Shown here in pieces: positions 52,281 to 63,417 of a stretch of DNA of 64,000 nucleotides. The translations under genes and the position numbers were made by a program. Under the pieces are notes generated by a model. That model had not been told where the DNA came from. It saw nothing but the letters and a program-made list of their open reading frames with translations, and did not search any database. Origin of the DNA: Octopus bimaculoides (taxonomy: Eukaryota); assembly GCF_001194135.2 (NCBI RefSeq), contig NC_069003.1:37356265-37420264 (forward strand), in the 5' to 3' direction. Positions within the stretch are counted from its first letter, which is position 1; each line of letters begins with the position of its first letter.

Positions 52281-53557
52281 ACAAGGATCCCCAAAATACG
52301 TCATACATTCTCGGATGGTCAGGCATTTAATCGGAAGGTGTGCTTGACGACGACGACGACGACCTACCAAAATATCGATAGTCATATCAATCAAAGTATC
52401 GTTGTGACAACACATGTATTGATATAAAAGATAAAGCCTTTACCTGGTCTCGCGACTTGCTAGAAATAACAGCAAAATATTCCCCCAAATCATATCTTAC
52501 CGTCGTAAAAACGGGACGCCTCGTATACGGCAGTCCAGATTAGCCAATGCCTGGGAAAAGGCATGAAGGTCATGGTTTGAATGTCTTTCTTCCTCATTTT
52601 GCTCGATCAGGGTTAAACAATATTTTATCTACGAGAATTGTGTATGTATGTCTGTAATGTATGTTTCAATGTGTGTATGTGTATATGTCCGCGTGTATGT
52701 ATGTGTATACACACACACAGCATAACTACAGAAGCGGCTTGTCTGTAACTTTGATCTCCCGGAATTTTCTATAAAAAACAAAATGCTGTTTTTAATGAAC
52801 TTTTCCAGAGATATATCTTACATGATATTCACCATTACAATTATTTGGGAATAATTAAGAAAAGAAATTGTTTGTGTGAGGAAGTGGTCATTCTGCCCCA
52901 CCCCACCAACCTTGTTACCAGCAGATATTTTAATGACATTTTCTAAAGATACATTTTTCAGGACGTAGATTAAAATCAAATTTTTGACATTTCCTCCAAG
53001 GGTATTAATTCTGAAAATTTCAAAAAACAAGCTTATGCACTTATAATAGAAGTTGTGCAAAAGGGTGGCTTTGAAGCTTAGCTCCTGTGGAGGGCTCTTC
53101 ATTAGGTCTTGGGCCCAACTACGACACCTCATGCTTTGAGTACCTATTAAATTTTATTAAACTTGATCAATATTTTTCAAGCAATGAACAATTTTCATCA
53201 AAACAATGATATAATTTGTCGCCTTGGAACTTATTGTAAAGCTGCAGGATAAACAACAGGACTCCAACTTTTTCCTCCATATGTCAGCTATGCAATCACC
53301 ATAACTCTGTATTTGGTAGGCAGAAGCTGAAAGCAATCCGTGTTTCCGTAATATGTGATTGTTGTAAACAACTCTCACTGTCATACAAGTGGTGTCTTTC
53401 ATTTCCAATTTTCCATGGAAACGTGTCTAGCCACAGGGAAATAGGTAAGGGTTGATAACAGGGAAAGGACATAGAAAATCTGCATCAGGGGATTCTTCAA
53501 ACCCTTGCAAGCATGGAAAAGTGGACGTTAAAATGCTGATAATAACAAAAATGGTGA

Positions 53558-53595
<38 letters not shown>

Positions 53596-53828
53596 CTAAT
53601 TTTCTGTCTACAAAATTTCACTGGTAAGGCATTGTTTTGCCAAATATTTTTTGTAGTGGAATGAACCCATGACCTCATGGTTTTGAAGCAAATTGCTTAA
53701 CAACCTGACGAAACTTACTCCTTGGTTCTATGAGTACATTGAATGTCACAGTAGTGACATGGAATGGAAGAAAAGGTTATTTTTGTCATCTTCCTCATAT
53801 ATTGCCATTATTCTCCTCTGTGTTTCAG

Positions 53829-53919
53829 CTTGAGTGGATACAATAGTCTGAATGATCCACACTTACAAAATTATTTCACCAACAAAACTGTCACCAACTA
53901 CTTGAAGAAAGCTGGAGTT
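53829..53919 (+). CDS. ERICH3: ERICH3-like, coding exon 2 (LSGYNSLNDPHLQNYFTNKTVTNYLKKAGV)
   Basis: tgtttcag| ... |GTAAGT. Matches the ERICH3 N-terminal motif YNSLxDxHLxxYFxxxxxRxHLxxxGL. Confidence 0.9.
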
Positions 53920-53992
53920 GTAAGTATATCTTGTAGCTAGTAATTCCAATTTCTTTCTTATGTTAAACGTCTAAAATGTGTGACACAAGTTG

Positions 53993-54034
<42 letters not shown>

Positions 54035-54420
54035 AAATCCTTTGTATCTTCGTCTGTTCCCAATGCATTGTCAAATGACTCAACCAAATCGTATCAAATT
54101 TTACATGGTACTACTACTATCACACCCCACGAGTGGAGTGTCAAAATGCGAGTATTTGCGTATATAGATGTGTTTTACCCTTATTGCCTTTTTACACTTT
54201 TTTCTGTATTTTGCCTTTAGCCCTGTTTTTTCTTGAGCATGTGCATATATAGACGTGTGTATGAACCTTTTTTGTGCACGCGTGTGTGTGTGTGTGCGCA
54301 AGCGTGTTGCGCGCGCATGTGTGTGTGTGTGTGTAAGCGGGTAGGTATATATTTTTTGGCGAATGTGTGGGTGAGCATGTGTGTGTTACAAGTGAGGGTG
54401 GATGAGTATATACATATAGG

Positions 54421-55409
54421 CACATGTACATTGGTGTGAGGACGTGTGTAGGCTTGAAAGAAATGAAGGTAGCATGTCCTGCTGGATGTGCAATGTTTGT
54501 GAGCATGTATGACAGAGTCTTTAGAGGAAAATTGTGAATAAGAAGCATCAGATGTGGTGTGCAAGAGAGATGACTGCGCTGGTATGGTCATGTGATGCAT
54601 ATGGACGAGGACAGCTGTGTAAAGAAGTGCTGATCTCTAACTTTGGAGGAAACTGTGGTAGAGGTAGACCCAGGAAGACATGGGAAGAGGTGGTGAAGCA
54701 TGATCTTTGAATTTTGAGCCTCACAGAGGCAATGAATAGTGACCGAGACATTTGGTGATATCGAAGTGAAGTCGTAGTCATGGCTGATGCTGGTGTCATG
54801 TAACTGGCACACATGCCAGTCACACGTAAAGAGCACTGTTGGAGCATTGGGCCCCACAGAGGCAAAGTGGCCGAGTTCCTTTCAAGCACTGGGCCTCATT
54901 GAAGCAAAATGGATGAGTTCCTTTTGAATATTGGGCTTCATAGAGGCAAAGTAGCTGAGTTCCTTTTGAGTGTTGGGTCTCACAGAGGCAAAGTGGCCGA
55001 GTTCCTTTCAAGCACTGGGCCTCATTGAAGCAAAATGGCTGAGTTCCTTTTGAATATTGGGCTTCATAGAGGCAAAGTAGCTGAGTTCCTTTTGAGTGTT
55101 AGGCCTCACAGAAGCAATGACTGAGACCTTTGGCATTATGTCATGCTTGAGAAGAAGAAGACCCTTCAAACTGAGCACAATCGCAGTCATAGCAGGTACT
55201 GGTGTCATGCAAATGGCACTCATGCCAGTGGCACGTAAAAGCACCTATCACACTCTCAAAGTGGTTGGCATTAAGAAGAGCATCTAGCTATAGAAAACCA
55301 TACCAAATAAGACTGGAGTCTGGTACAGCCTTCCAGCTTCCCAGCCTCGGTCAAACTGTACAACCCATGCCTGCATGGACAGCAGGCGTTAAATGATGAT
55401 GATGATGAT
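54421..55409 (+). mobile_element. RTE LINE 3' fragment (ORF end plus 3' UTR) in ERICH3-like intron 2
   Basis: RLERNE.SM..WMCNV...IRCGVQER*LRWYGHVMHMDEDSCVKKC...CGRGRPRKTWEEVVKHDL, then the S3 tail and (GAT)n. It continues the ORF seen at 30277-30522. Confidence 0.88.
54845..55115. repeat. 42-bp monomer x6 arranged as a 126-bp higher-order repeat x2
   Basis: The ggg(c/t) anchor occurs at 54849, 54891, 54933, 54975, 55017, 55059 and 55101 (aggc). Monomers 1/4, 2/5 and 3/6 are near-identical. Confidence 0.92.
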
Positions 55410-55411
55410 TA

Positions 55412-55478
<67 letters not shown>

Positions 55479-55479
55479 T

Positions 55480-55518
<39 letters not shown>

Positions 55519-55630
55519 TATATGTATATGTATATATGTATGGATATATGTGTGTGTGATATATATATATGTTATATGATGTTAATTATTGACCTGTTTT
55601 TGTTTTCTTTTCTATATATTTGTTGTTTAG

Positions 55631-55828
55631 GTTACTAGAAAGGGTGAGATTGTGCCAGATGCTGTCTACAGAACAAACATGGCAAATGCAGAGCGCCGGA
55701 GAAAGGCCAGGGAACAGCTCACCCAAGAACTATTGAATAAATCCATTAATCTACAGCGCAAATATGAAAGTGAAATACAACATCGACTTGAAGAAATAGC
55801 AAAACTGGAGCTTATTCGAAAGATTCGA
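55631..55828 (+). CDS. ERICH3: ERICH3-like, coding exon 3 (VTRKGEIVPDAVYRTNM...EIQHRLEEIAKLELIRKIR)
   Basis: tttag| ... |GTAAGC, 198 nt, phase 0-0. Aligns with ERICH3 ITRSGRILSEKEYKLNMM...LEIKKKLETLARKERIQRFK. Confidence 0.92.
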
Positions 55829-56332
55829 GTAAGCCATTGCTTGTTAATTAATATCGTGGATATTTACGACCCAGCAGTTTCATATCTATTTCTAATCCAG
55901 TGTATGTGTGTGTGTGTGTGTGTATTTATGTATATATATAATACAATGTAATATATATGTGTGTCGAATACTGTAATGAAACAGCAAGAGCTGGATATGA
56001 TGAAAAACTTAAATATATGCCTAATAATAATGTAGTGAATAATTTTAACAATAACAACTTGAAAACACATAGTAATAAGCAGAATCGAGAACCTTGAATG
56101 ACTGTATTTTAGCCAAAGCCATGAGCTTTTCAGCATCCCTTTGTGTATATAGTTGGAAGAATGTTTTAACAAGGATAAAAATTGTGAATATTAACTGAAG
56201 AAAGGATTCAGTACAAGTGTAGTGTGGAATATTATTAATAATTTTAACATTATTAATAGAGACCATGTGTGTGCATTGTTATTGATATTATATCTATATC
56301 TATATCTATATATTCTTTGTTTCTTTCTCCAG

Positions 56333-56692
56333 TTAGAAACTCGTACTTCAAATAACAAGTTTGGATTTAAGACGAAAGGCAAGAAAAAACCGAAACGTTT
56401 GCGTGAGAAAGAAGAAGGTGCCATCAGTGGTGGCAAGAGAGGGGATGAATCTGTGGAGCCAAATAGTCAAGCGACTGAACAACATGAAACCAGTCCTGAG
56501 GGTGACACTTACACGAATGGTTCCTTCAGCTACATGTCTAATGACTACAGGACTAATGACTACATGACCAACACTAATGACTACATAACAAATGATGGCA
56601 CGACCACTGACTATATGACTAACGATTATAAGACTAACGATTATATGACTAATGATTATATGACTAATGATTATATGACTACTGAATGTACA
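56333..56692 (+). CDS. ERICH3: ERICH3-like, coding exon 4 (basic stretch plus TNDYM repeats)
   Basis: ttctttctccag| ... |GTAAGT, 360 nt, phase 0-0, open. Confidence 0.85.
56531..56683 (+). repeat. Coding 15-bp minisatellite encoding about 9-10 imperfect TNDYM pentapeptides
   Basis: YMSNDYRTNDYMTNTNDYITNDGTTTDYMTNDYKTNDYMTNDYMTNDYMTT; the last units are perfect atgactaatgattat. Confidence 0.92.
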
Positions 56693-57701
56693 GTAAGTAG
56701 TAGTGTTTATCTTCCAATTTGTTTCATTAATCACCCACCTCACTTTGTTGTTGTTGTTGTTGTTGTCGTCATTACATGTTTCTTTTTATTTTATTCATTT
56801 GATTTTAATATTTGTTTTTCTGTTCATTTTCGAAATATTTTATATTTTTTATTTCATTTTGACATCTTCCACTCATCATCATCATCATCATCATCACCAG
56901 TATCATTGTCTTTATTTTAATGTTTTAAGAAAGTCCTCTTTTATGGCTAAGCTGGGTTTCTGTTATGTCATGCAACATTGATCCTGGCAGCTCCTGCCAC
57001 ACCATTTTCATTCAGCCTGCATTGGGTGTTGGGTACGATTGCGGCCAAGTGGTTAACATGCTTGCTTTGTAGCTACATGGTTTCAAGATCACTCCCACTG
57101 CATGGCACCTTGTGCAAGTCTCTTCAATGCTTTGTGAATGAATTTGGTAGGTGGAACCTGTGTGAAATATCCTGTTTTATAGAGGATTCCACCTTGAGCA
57201 AGGCTCTTCTTCTAGCACAGTGTCTGGCTAGTCAGTGCCTTGTAAATGAATTCGAGAGATGGAAACTGTGTGTGTGTGTGTGTGTGTATGTTTTTGTTTG
57301 TTTATGTACCCATATCTTAACAGTTTGGCAATGGAATTAATGATAAACTTATGGGGTTGTTTCTGAAAATTTCATCCCCAAAACCTGAAAGTGTAGCCTG
57401 TGTTGTGTCTGTATGAAAAGAGAGTCACTCATCTGCTGATCACTGAAAAGTGAAGGAAATTGGACTACGATGATGATCCCTTAATGCACAATCTTGTAGA
57501 CAACACTCTCCCTCTTTGCCTTATCCTCATTTTCTCTCGCTCTTCCCCTTTCCTTTCAACTAATCACATGACAGCGTTACAGACGGGCTAAGTAACGGAG
57601 GAACAAGCAGAGTTATTATAAGATAAGCTATTTATCAAGCAGCACTTTTATAAAACATTTAACTCATGTGATTTCTTGATGCCATCTTTGTATATTTACA
57701 G

Positions 57702-57824
57702 CCCGTGACAGATCACACCTGCTCGTGTATGAACTCCTCTTACCAAGAAGGCTCTAGGCTGTCAACGTTTACGGATGAATCATACTACAGCTATTGCTCT
57801 GAATGTGATAAAGAGTGCATGGTG
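57702..57824 (+). CDS. ERICH3: ERICH3-like, coding exon 5 (PVTDHTCSCMNSS...YCSECDKECMV)
   Basis: tatttacag| ... |GTAAGA, 123 nt, phase 0-0, open. Confidence 0.78.
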
Positions 57825-58234
57825 GTAAGAACAGTTTGTTGTTGTTAATGTCATTGTCATTAAGTTGCTGAGCAAGCAGAATCATTGGTGTGTTGGACAA
57901 AATGTTTAAAAGTATTTCTTCTGACTTATGTTCTGAGGTCAAATTCCAACAAAGTCATGTTTGCTCTTCATCCTTTCGGGGTCTCAATTACATTGACTCC
58001 CAGTTGAGCACTGGGAGTCAATGCAATCAACTTAAACCATCCCCTCCTCCTCCTAAAACTGCTGACCTTGAGCAAAAACTTCAAGTCGTCATTATTGTTA
58101 TTACTGTTGTGCTTTGCTTCAGCTACCACCCAATCAGATTGGAGCATTTGTTATCCAGCTTCTTGTCGAAGGGATGTTCCAATGATCAGGTGCTCCCTTT
58201 ACTGCCAGTACCCTCTCTCTCTCTCTCTGCAAGG

Positions 58235-58568
58235 CACACCATGTCTGTTGATGTGCAGACACAGGCTCAGTCTGTACCACCTGCAAAGATTCTTTGATGA
58301 TGAACATTACTGTGTGACATCATCATGCCTTAATTGGTATTCTTTTCGGCCCATAATATATTACAAAATCTCACCTTTATTACTGCACAACCTGTTCATA
58401 TCACTTTCTGCCGTATCATCAATCCAACATTTACCATAATATATCCTAAGTGTTTGTTCCGATACAGCACAGATGATTACTTTTGTCTCTGGCTTCAAGT
58501 CACTACTTCTCAGCCAGTGTCACCTTTCATTAGCATCAGCTCACCTCCCTTGCAAACTGCCCATACAT
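58235..58568 (-). mobile_element. Degenerate R4/Dong-like (restriction-like endonuclease) non-LTR retroelement C-terminal remnant
   Basis: MYGQFAREV / HWLRSSDLKPETKVIICAVSEQTLRIYYGKCWIDDTAESDMNRLCSNKGEIL*YIMGRKEYQLRHDDV resembles MHGQF...WL..GDLK.ETE..ICAAQEQALRT...ID.T..S..CR.C....ET..HI......EY..RHD.V. Confidence 0.7.
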
Positions 58569-58819
58569 CTTTTTGTTTTTTTTGCCTTTCTATTTTCTTC
58601 TCTCTTCTTTATTTCTCTTTCTCTCCACACACGTATTTCTCCTGACCAAATTTTCTCACTCCAATCAGAAATGGTTCTATGGCACTCTTTTTGTTTTGTT
58701 TTTCTTTGTCTATAAAAAGATAAAATTCCTCCACTTCAAACTTCTTCCAATTTTAACAACTTGATGGTTTATTTTATGTTCCCTTTTGAAGACAATTTAT
58801 ATTTTGGAAAGGCTTGATT

Positions 58820-59140
58820 CTCTTTAATGCTTGGGAGAGTCGTTGCCAGTGCTGATTCGAGCGAGGGCATTGCCAAAGCCGCTGGACTGACTCCTGTGCA
58901 GGTGGCACCTAAAAAACACCACTTGAGCATGGCTGTTGCCACTACCACCTGACTGGCCTTCATGCCGGTGGCACGTAAAAGCACCCACTACACTCTCGGA
59001 GTGGTTGGCATTAGGAAAGGCATCCAGCTGTAGAAACTCTGCCAGATCAGATTGGAGCCTGGTGCAGCCATCTGGCTCATCAGTCCTCAGTCAAACCATC
59101 CAACCCATGCCAGCATGGAAAGCAGACGTTAAACAATGAT
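58820..59140 (+). mobile_element. RTE 3' UTR (S3) copy ending about 12 nt before the exon 6 acceptor
   Basis: ...ccaacccatgccagcatggaaagcagacgttaaacaatgat|ttaacttttcag. Confidence 0.85.
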
Positions 59141-59152
59141 TTAACTTTTCAG

Positions 59153-59284
59153 GTCGACCAAGATGACTTGCTGCCATATTCTGGTAAACCATGTCTTCAA
59201 GATCCAAACACTTCAGTCCGATTCCATGATGACACAGTTGCTCCACTATTTCCAACAGTTGACTGCATGTTATGTCCTTGTGAG
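59153..59284 (+). CDS. ERICH3: ERICH3-like, coding exon 6 (VDQDDLLPYSGKPCLQ...DCMLCPCE)
   Basis: aacttttcag| ... |GTAAGA, 132 nt, phase 0-0, open. Confidence 0.78.
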
Positions 59285-59994
59285 GTAAGAAAGAAATCTG
59301 ACAGTTTTCTTGTTTTGCCTCAGTTTTTCTTTTACAGCTCAGCCAACAAAGACCCTTCTCTTGTCAACAAGAATCCCCTCTGGCGAAAAGGAGGAGAAGG
59401 TTATCTTGTCTTAGCAAGGTACAATGTAGAGTGAACAAAGGATTCTCTCTTACTAACAAGGGATACTCTATAGCAAATTATATGAAACCACATATATCCA
59501 CATATCCACAAAAAATTCAGAAAAGATTCTCAAAATAATTTATCCTAGGATTACTAATGGTGCTAGAAAACAACTACTTGTCTTTGACAACCAATAAAAC
59601 CTTAAATGAAACAGCAATAGGTACAGTAGTCACACCCTCTTTTGTAACACTATTGTTGGACTTTTTACATGAAAAAAAAATCTATGTGTGATGAAGAATT
59701 ATTTTGATATGAGTTTTCAAACCTATTTAAAATAAGAATTCATGTTTGCTGTTTGATATTTTGGAGCAGAAATGAGGAAGATCTTATAATATTTTAAGAA
59801 TTGGTTAATAATATTCATGAATCCACCAAATTCATAACGGAAGTGAATGGAAGGAAGTGCCATTATACTTTCATGTATGATTAATATTATGGTCAGTTGT
59901 AGTTATTGTTGGTCTACAACAATAATTTTGCTGATGATTGTTTTGTTAGTCAATCATAAAACAATGCTCTAAATGTTGTCTCTTTTAATTTTAG

Positions 59995-60148
59995 ACATGT
60001 GATGAAACCTGTTGCGAATTGCCTGTAACACTCATGTTTGTGGGCTGCTGTAGCACTCGGACTGATGAGCCGACTGAAATTCACATTGAGCAGCAGCATA
60101 ACTGTGATGCAGTCTTTTGCGTCTACCAACAGTGTCACTATATGAAAG
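59995..60148 (+). CDS. ERICH3: ERICH3-like, coding exon 7 (first half of DUF4590)
   Basis: tcttttaattttag| ... |GTAAGT, phase 0-1. TCDETCCELPVTLMFVG...EIHIEQQHNCDAVFCVYQQCHYMK corresponds to EITMIYLG...EIKVYQQHCGGENLCVYKG. Confidence 0.88.
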
Positions 60149-60490
60149 GTAAGTTATAGTTAAGTCTGCATTCAAAAAACACATTGTATTTGTATGTGTG
60201 TATACATAACTACATGCATATATATGTGCACACACACATATACATGCATATGTATATATTTGTATGTGCTGTTGGGTAAATTGGATTGCATCGTTAGAGA
60301 ACTCCTCCCACTCTGTGATTTGTTACCTCTCTCCCTCGCCACACTATATTTTAGTGTGCAGTTCATGAGTAAACTTTATGTCCCATCGACCCCCACCTCC
60401 TTTATTCTACTGTATAAAAAGAAAAAGATGTGATATGATAAGAATGCCCTCTACCCATCACCAATCTGTTTCTCTGCTTCTGTTGCACAG

Positions 60491-60677
60491 ATATATTTAC
60501 ATTCGTATCACACCACGAACGTGATTTCCCATTCGTACTGTATGTTTACCTAAATGGACTGCTGCACATGAAATTAAACACATGCTGTGAGTACAAGCAT
60601 TTGCCCGGATATCGATTTGGAGGGAAGCGTGGCCAGTTTATACTTGTCGATGTCAAAGGGACATCAAGCTGTACACT
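60491..60677 (+). CDS. ERICH3: ERICH3-like, coding exon 8 (second half of DUF4590)
   Basis: tgttgcacag| ... |GTGAGT, phase 1-2. DIFTFVSHHERDFPFVLYVYLNGLLHMKLNTCCEYKHLPGYRFGGKRGQFILVDVKGTSSCT versus ETFQFISKRHHGFPFSLTFFLNG...RLSSCCEYKH..GSRLGGKRGYFGFV.VE.SSPC. Confidence 0.95.
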
Positions 60678-60998
60678 GTGAGTGTTAATGAGTTTTCTCT
60701 TTCATTTGTAGAATTGTTTTTTGGTTTTTAGTTAATGTGGCTTTGCTCGGGAATTACATTTTGATTATATTGAACCCAGCACTAACTTCAGTTTGATACC
60801 TTATCTTATTGATCTCTATATACTGAATGGCTAAGTCATCTTCTTTGATGTAAAGCACACAACCTGACAGTATTTTCCACACTAATACACAAACACACAC
60901 ATACAGCTATATATATGTGTGTACATGTATATTATATTATATATATATGTGCGTGTGTCCCACCTGCACAGGAGTCAGTCCAGTGGCACTGGCAATGA

Positions 60999-61118
60999 CC
61001 TCGCTCGAATGTTTTGTTCACGTGCCAGTAAGGCGACGCTGGTAGCGATCAACACCATTTGAGCGTGGTCGTTACCAGCGTCGCCTTACTGGCACGTGAA
61101 CAAAACATTCGAGCGAGG
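60999..61118. repeat. 120-bp palindrome (53-bp arms, 14-nt loop) made of RTE 3' UTR sequence
   Basis: Arms 60999-61051 and 61066-61118 pair at 51/53. Confidence 0.93.
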
Positions 61119-61523
61119 ACTTCTTGGATGATGCATTGATAGAAGTGACAGTAACAACACTGCTTGTAGATTGTGAGAGAAATGGGTTGTTAAACACACA
61201 TAGAAACCTGTTGTGTGTGGCTTTGTTTCGACATCACGCTGTGGTCGTAAACAGGCATCAGTATCATACAAGTCTTCCATGGAAAACTGTGCAGATCTGG
61301 AGAACTGTTACCTTGCTTGGAAATGGGTGAGGGCTGGTGATAGGAAGGGTATCTGGCTCTGGGAAATCAGCCCCAACAATTTCCATCGGATCTAGATAAG
61401 CATGGGAAAATGATGATGATGATAATGATGATATATGTGTGTGTGTGTGTATTGGCTTAGTAACCTTACACTTTAACTTTTCACCTGCTCAGACTGTAAC
61501 CATTGTCTGCTGTCATTTTTCAG

Positions 61524-61609
61524 CTGTGAAGAATCCTTTACTAAGTTTCAGGAAGAAACCAGCGAATCAACAATAGGGGTTGGAAATATTAAGATGGAGG
61601 AGGAAATCG
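61524..61609 (+). CDS. ERICH3: ERICH3-like, coding exon 9 (L-CEESFTKFQEETSESTIGVGNIKMEEEI)
   Basis: tcatttttcag| ... |GTACGT, phase 2-1. Completes SSCTLC, equivalent to SPCYKC, and starts the Glu-rich region. Confidence 0.8.
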
Positions 61610-62336
61610 GTACGTATCTTGCAAGAGTTCTTTTATTTCATTGGAATAGTTGTTGTTTAGTCATGTCAGCCCTAACAAGTAGTGCAAAGATCAAAAGTAT
61701 TCATTGCCATCTTATTTTCAGGTATAATGCATCTAAGACTGCATTTTCAAATATGTCCTATTTTTAACACATTGAGCAATGATGCAGAAGCACATAGTCT
61801 GCACTAGTGTTGATTAAGTTGTTATTTGTGGTGTATGCTTGTCTTTGATGCGAGTTTATCAAATGTCCTCTCACATGATCTATGGTCCATCTGTTGTCAG
61901 AGGATTTTGTTAGTTTCTTTGTTTTTCCCCACTTTCCATGATCACTGGAGAGTTTTGGATGAAACCAGTGCGTCCTGATTCCCCTTCTAGTTACTGTCCT
62001 TATGGATTTAGCTAACAGCAACACAACTGGTGTTTGAAGCATTTGTTAGTGAACCATCCCACACAAGTGTCCAACAGACAACATGTGACATGACTCTATG
62101 ACGTCTTCAAATGAATAAGGTAAATGTCTGGACAAAGTCCTGGGAAAAGAGGTATTGGAAAATTATGAAGGGAGAAGAGGTTGAGTAATAGCAAGGAATG
62201 AATAAGGAGGAAGCTGGTGAGAAAATCTGAGGTTAGCTGAAGATTGGAAAATGGTTGAGGGGGGGGAACAGGTTGTGTCCTCCCTAAGGTACAGATTTTG
62301 ATTGGTTCAAATGAGCTATTTGACTGTTAATTATCT

Positions 62337-62565
62337 TCAGCCATTTTGTTACCACATACCTGTTGAAATACACCTCCTTTGTTTCAATTAATGTTGAAAA
62401 TAAAGGAAGAATTGAGTAAAATAACTCATTATTAGGTTGAATGTTTTGAACATAAATTAACCTGAGAGTTTGATGGAAGCAATTAATGTGGATCACTTTA
62501 AACAGGAAGTTTTTATTATAGAACCAGGGAAAGTGGTTTCAGGTAGGTTGGTATCAACAGGGTAA
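62337..62565. mobile_element. Degenerate piggyBac-like MITE
   Basis: Starts cagccattttgttacc and ends ggtatcaacagggtaa; resembles a ttaaccctttcgttacc...ggtatcaaaagggttaa type element. Confidence 0.45.
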
Positions 62566-63171
62566 TCAATGATATAGTGCAGTATTGATGAATAGCTGTG
62601 AGCCATTGATTCTTCAGATGGCAGCAATGTGACATCTATCCATTTATCGGCTTTTCATGTAACACAGTATAGGATAGCATTGTAGTATCATTGTGTTGTG
62701 TGATATTGCAAGAGTAGAAATACAGTGTTGTGAAATCCCAAAACCCTTAAAACCTTCTTCTTCACTAGTTTCTGCTCAATCTTCCTTCTCTGATCATCCC
62801 CATGTGTTTTTCATTAGTCCTCTCCTGTCCTACATCAATTTTGTTATAATTCTCCAATCTCTGCCTGACCCCTTCCTCAATTAATGTCCCTTCTTTCCTG
62901 CACCTGTTCTCCATCACCATTCACATACCATTCCCTCCACTATTCACACACCACCTCTCTTAAACAATTTACAGACAACTTCACCAGTATTTCCATACCA
63001 GATACTCTATTATACATAAAGCAAACCCTCAGCCCTCTTCTATTTCTCCACTGTCCCCACGTGCCACCAATCTCATATTCCACCCACAGTGATCCCTGCT
63101 GCCATTACTAATGTGCTGACTAACAGTCATGTGTTCATACTCGCATTTACTACCGATCTTTCTTTCCACAG

Positions 63172-63288
63172 TCATTGATGTACCCCGCAATGAAGTTGCT
63201 GAAATCTGTGTCCCAGTAGAAAATACTGAAATGTCAATGCTAATTGACCTGGACGGCCAAAAGGCAAAACTCAAAGATCCTGAAGGAG
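63172..63288 (+). CDS. ERICH3: ERICH3-like, probable coding exon 10 (V-IDVPRNEVAEICVPVENTEMSMLIDLDGQKAKLKDPEG)
   Basis: Strong acceptor tctttctttccacag with matching phase 1. The donor gag|GTAGCT is weak, so the 3' boundary is uncertain. Confidence 0.65.
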
Positions 63289-63417
63289 GTAGCTACCAAA
63301 TTATCAAATGTTCTTATTATAAACGTGTGTGTGTGTGTAGATATATAATTGTTGAGGTAAACCACTACAAGTTGGAAATAGAGGAGTAAAATCAAAAGCA
63401 GAACAAAGACAATCGAG

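Noticed and set aside
61722-61805. Alternative terminal exon after cttattttcag (GIMHLRLHF...SLH*)
   Set aside because: Phase-compatible, but the peptide is not Glu-rich or recognisable, and the 63172 exon is a better continuation.
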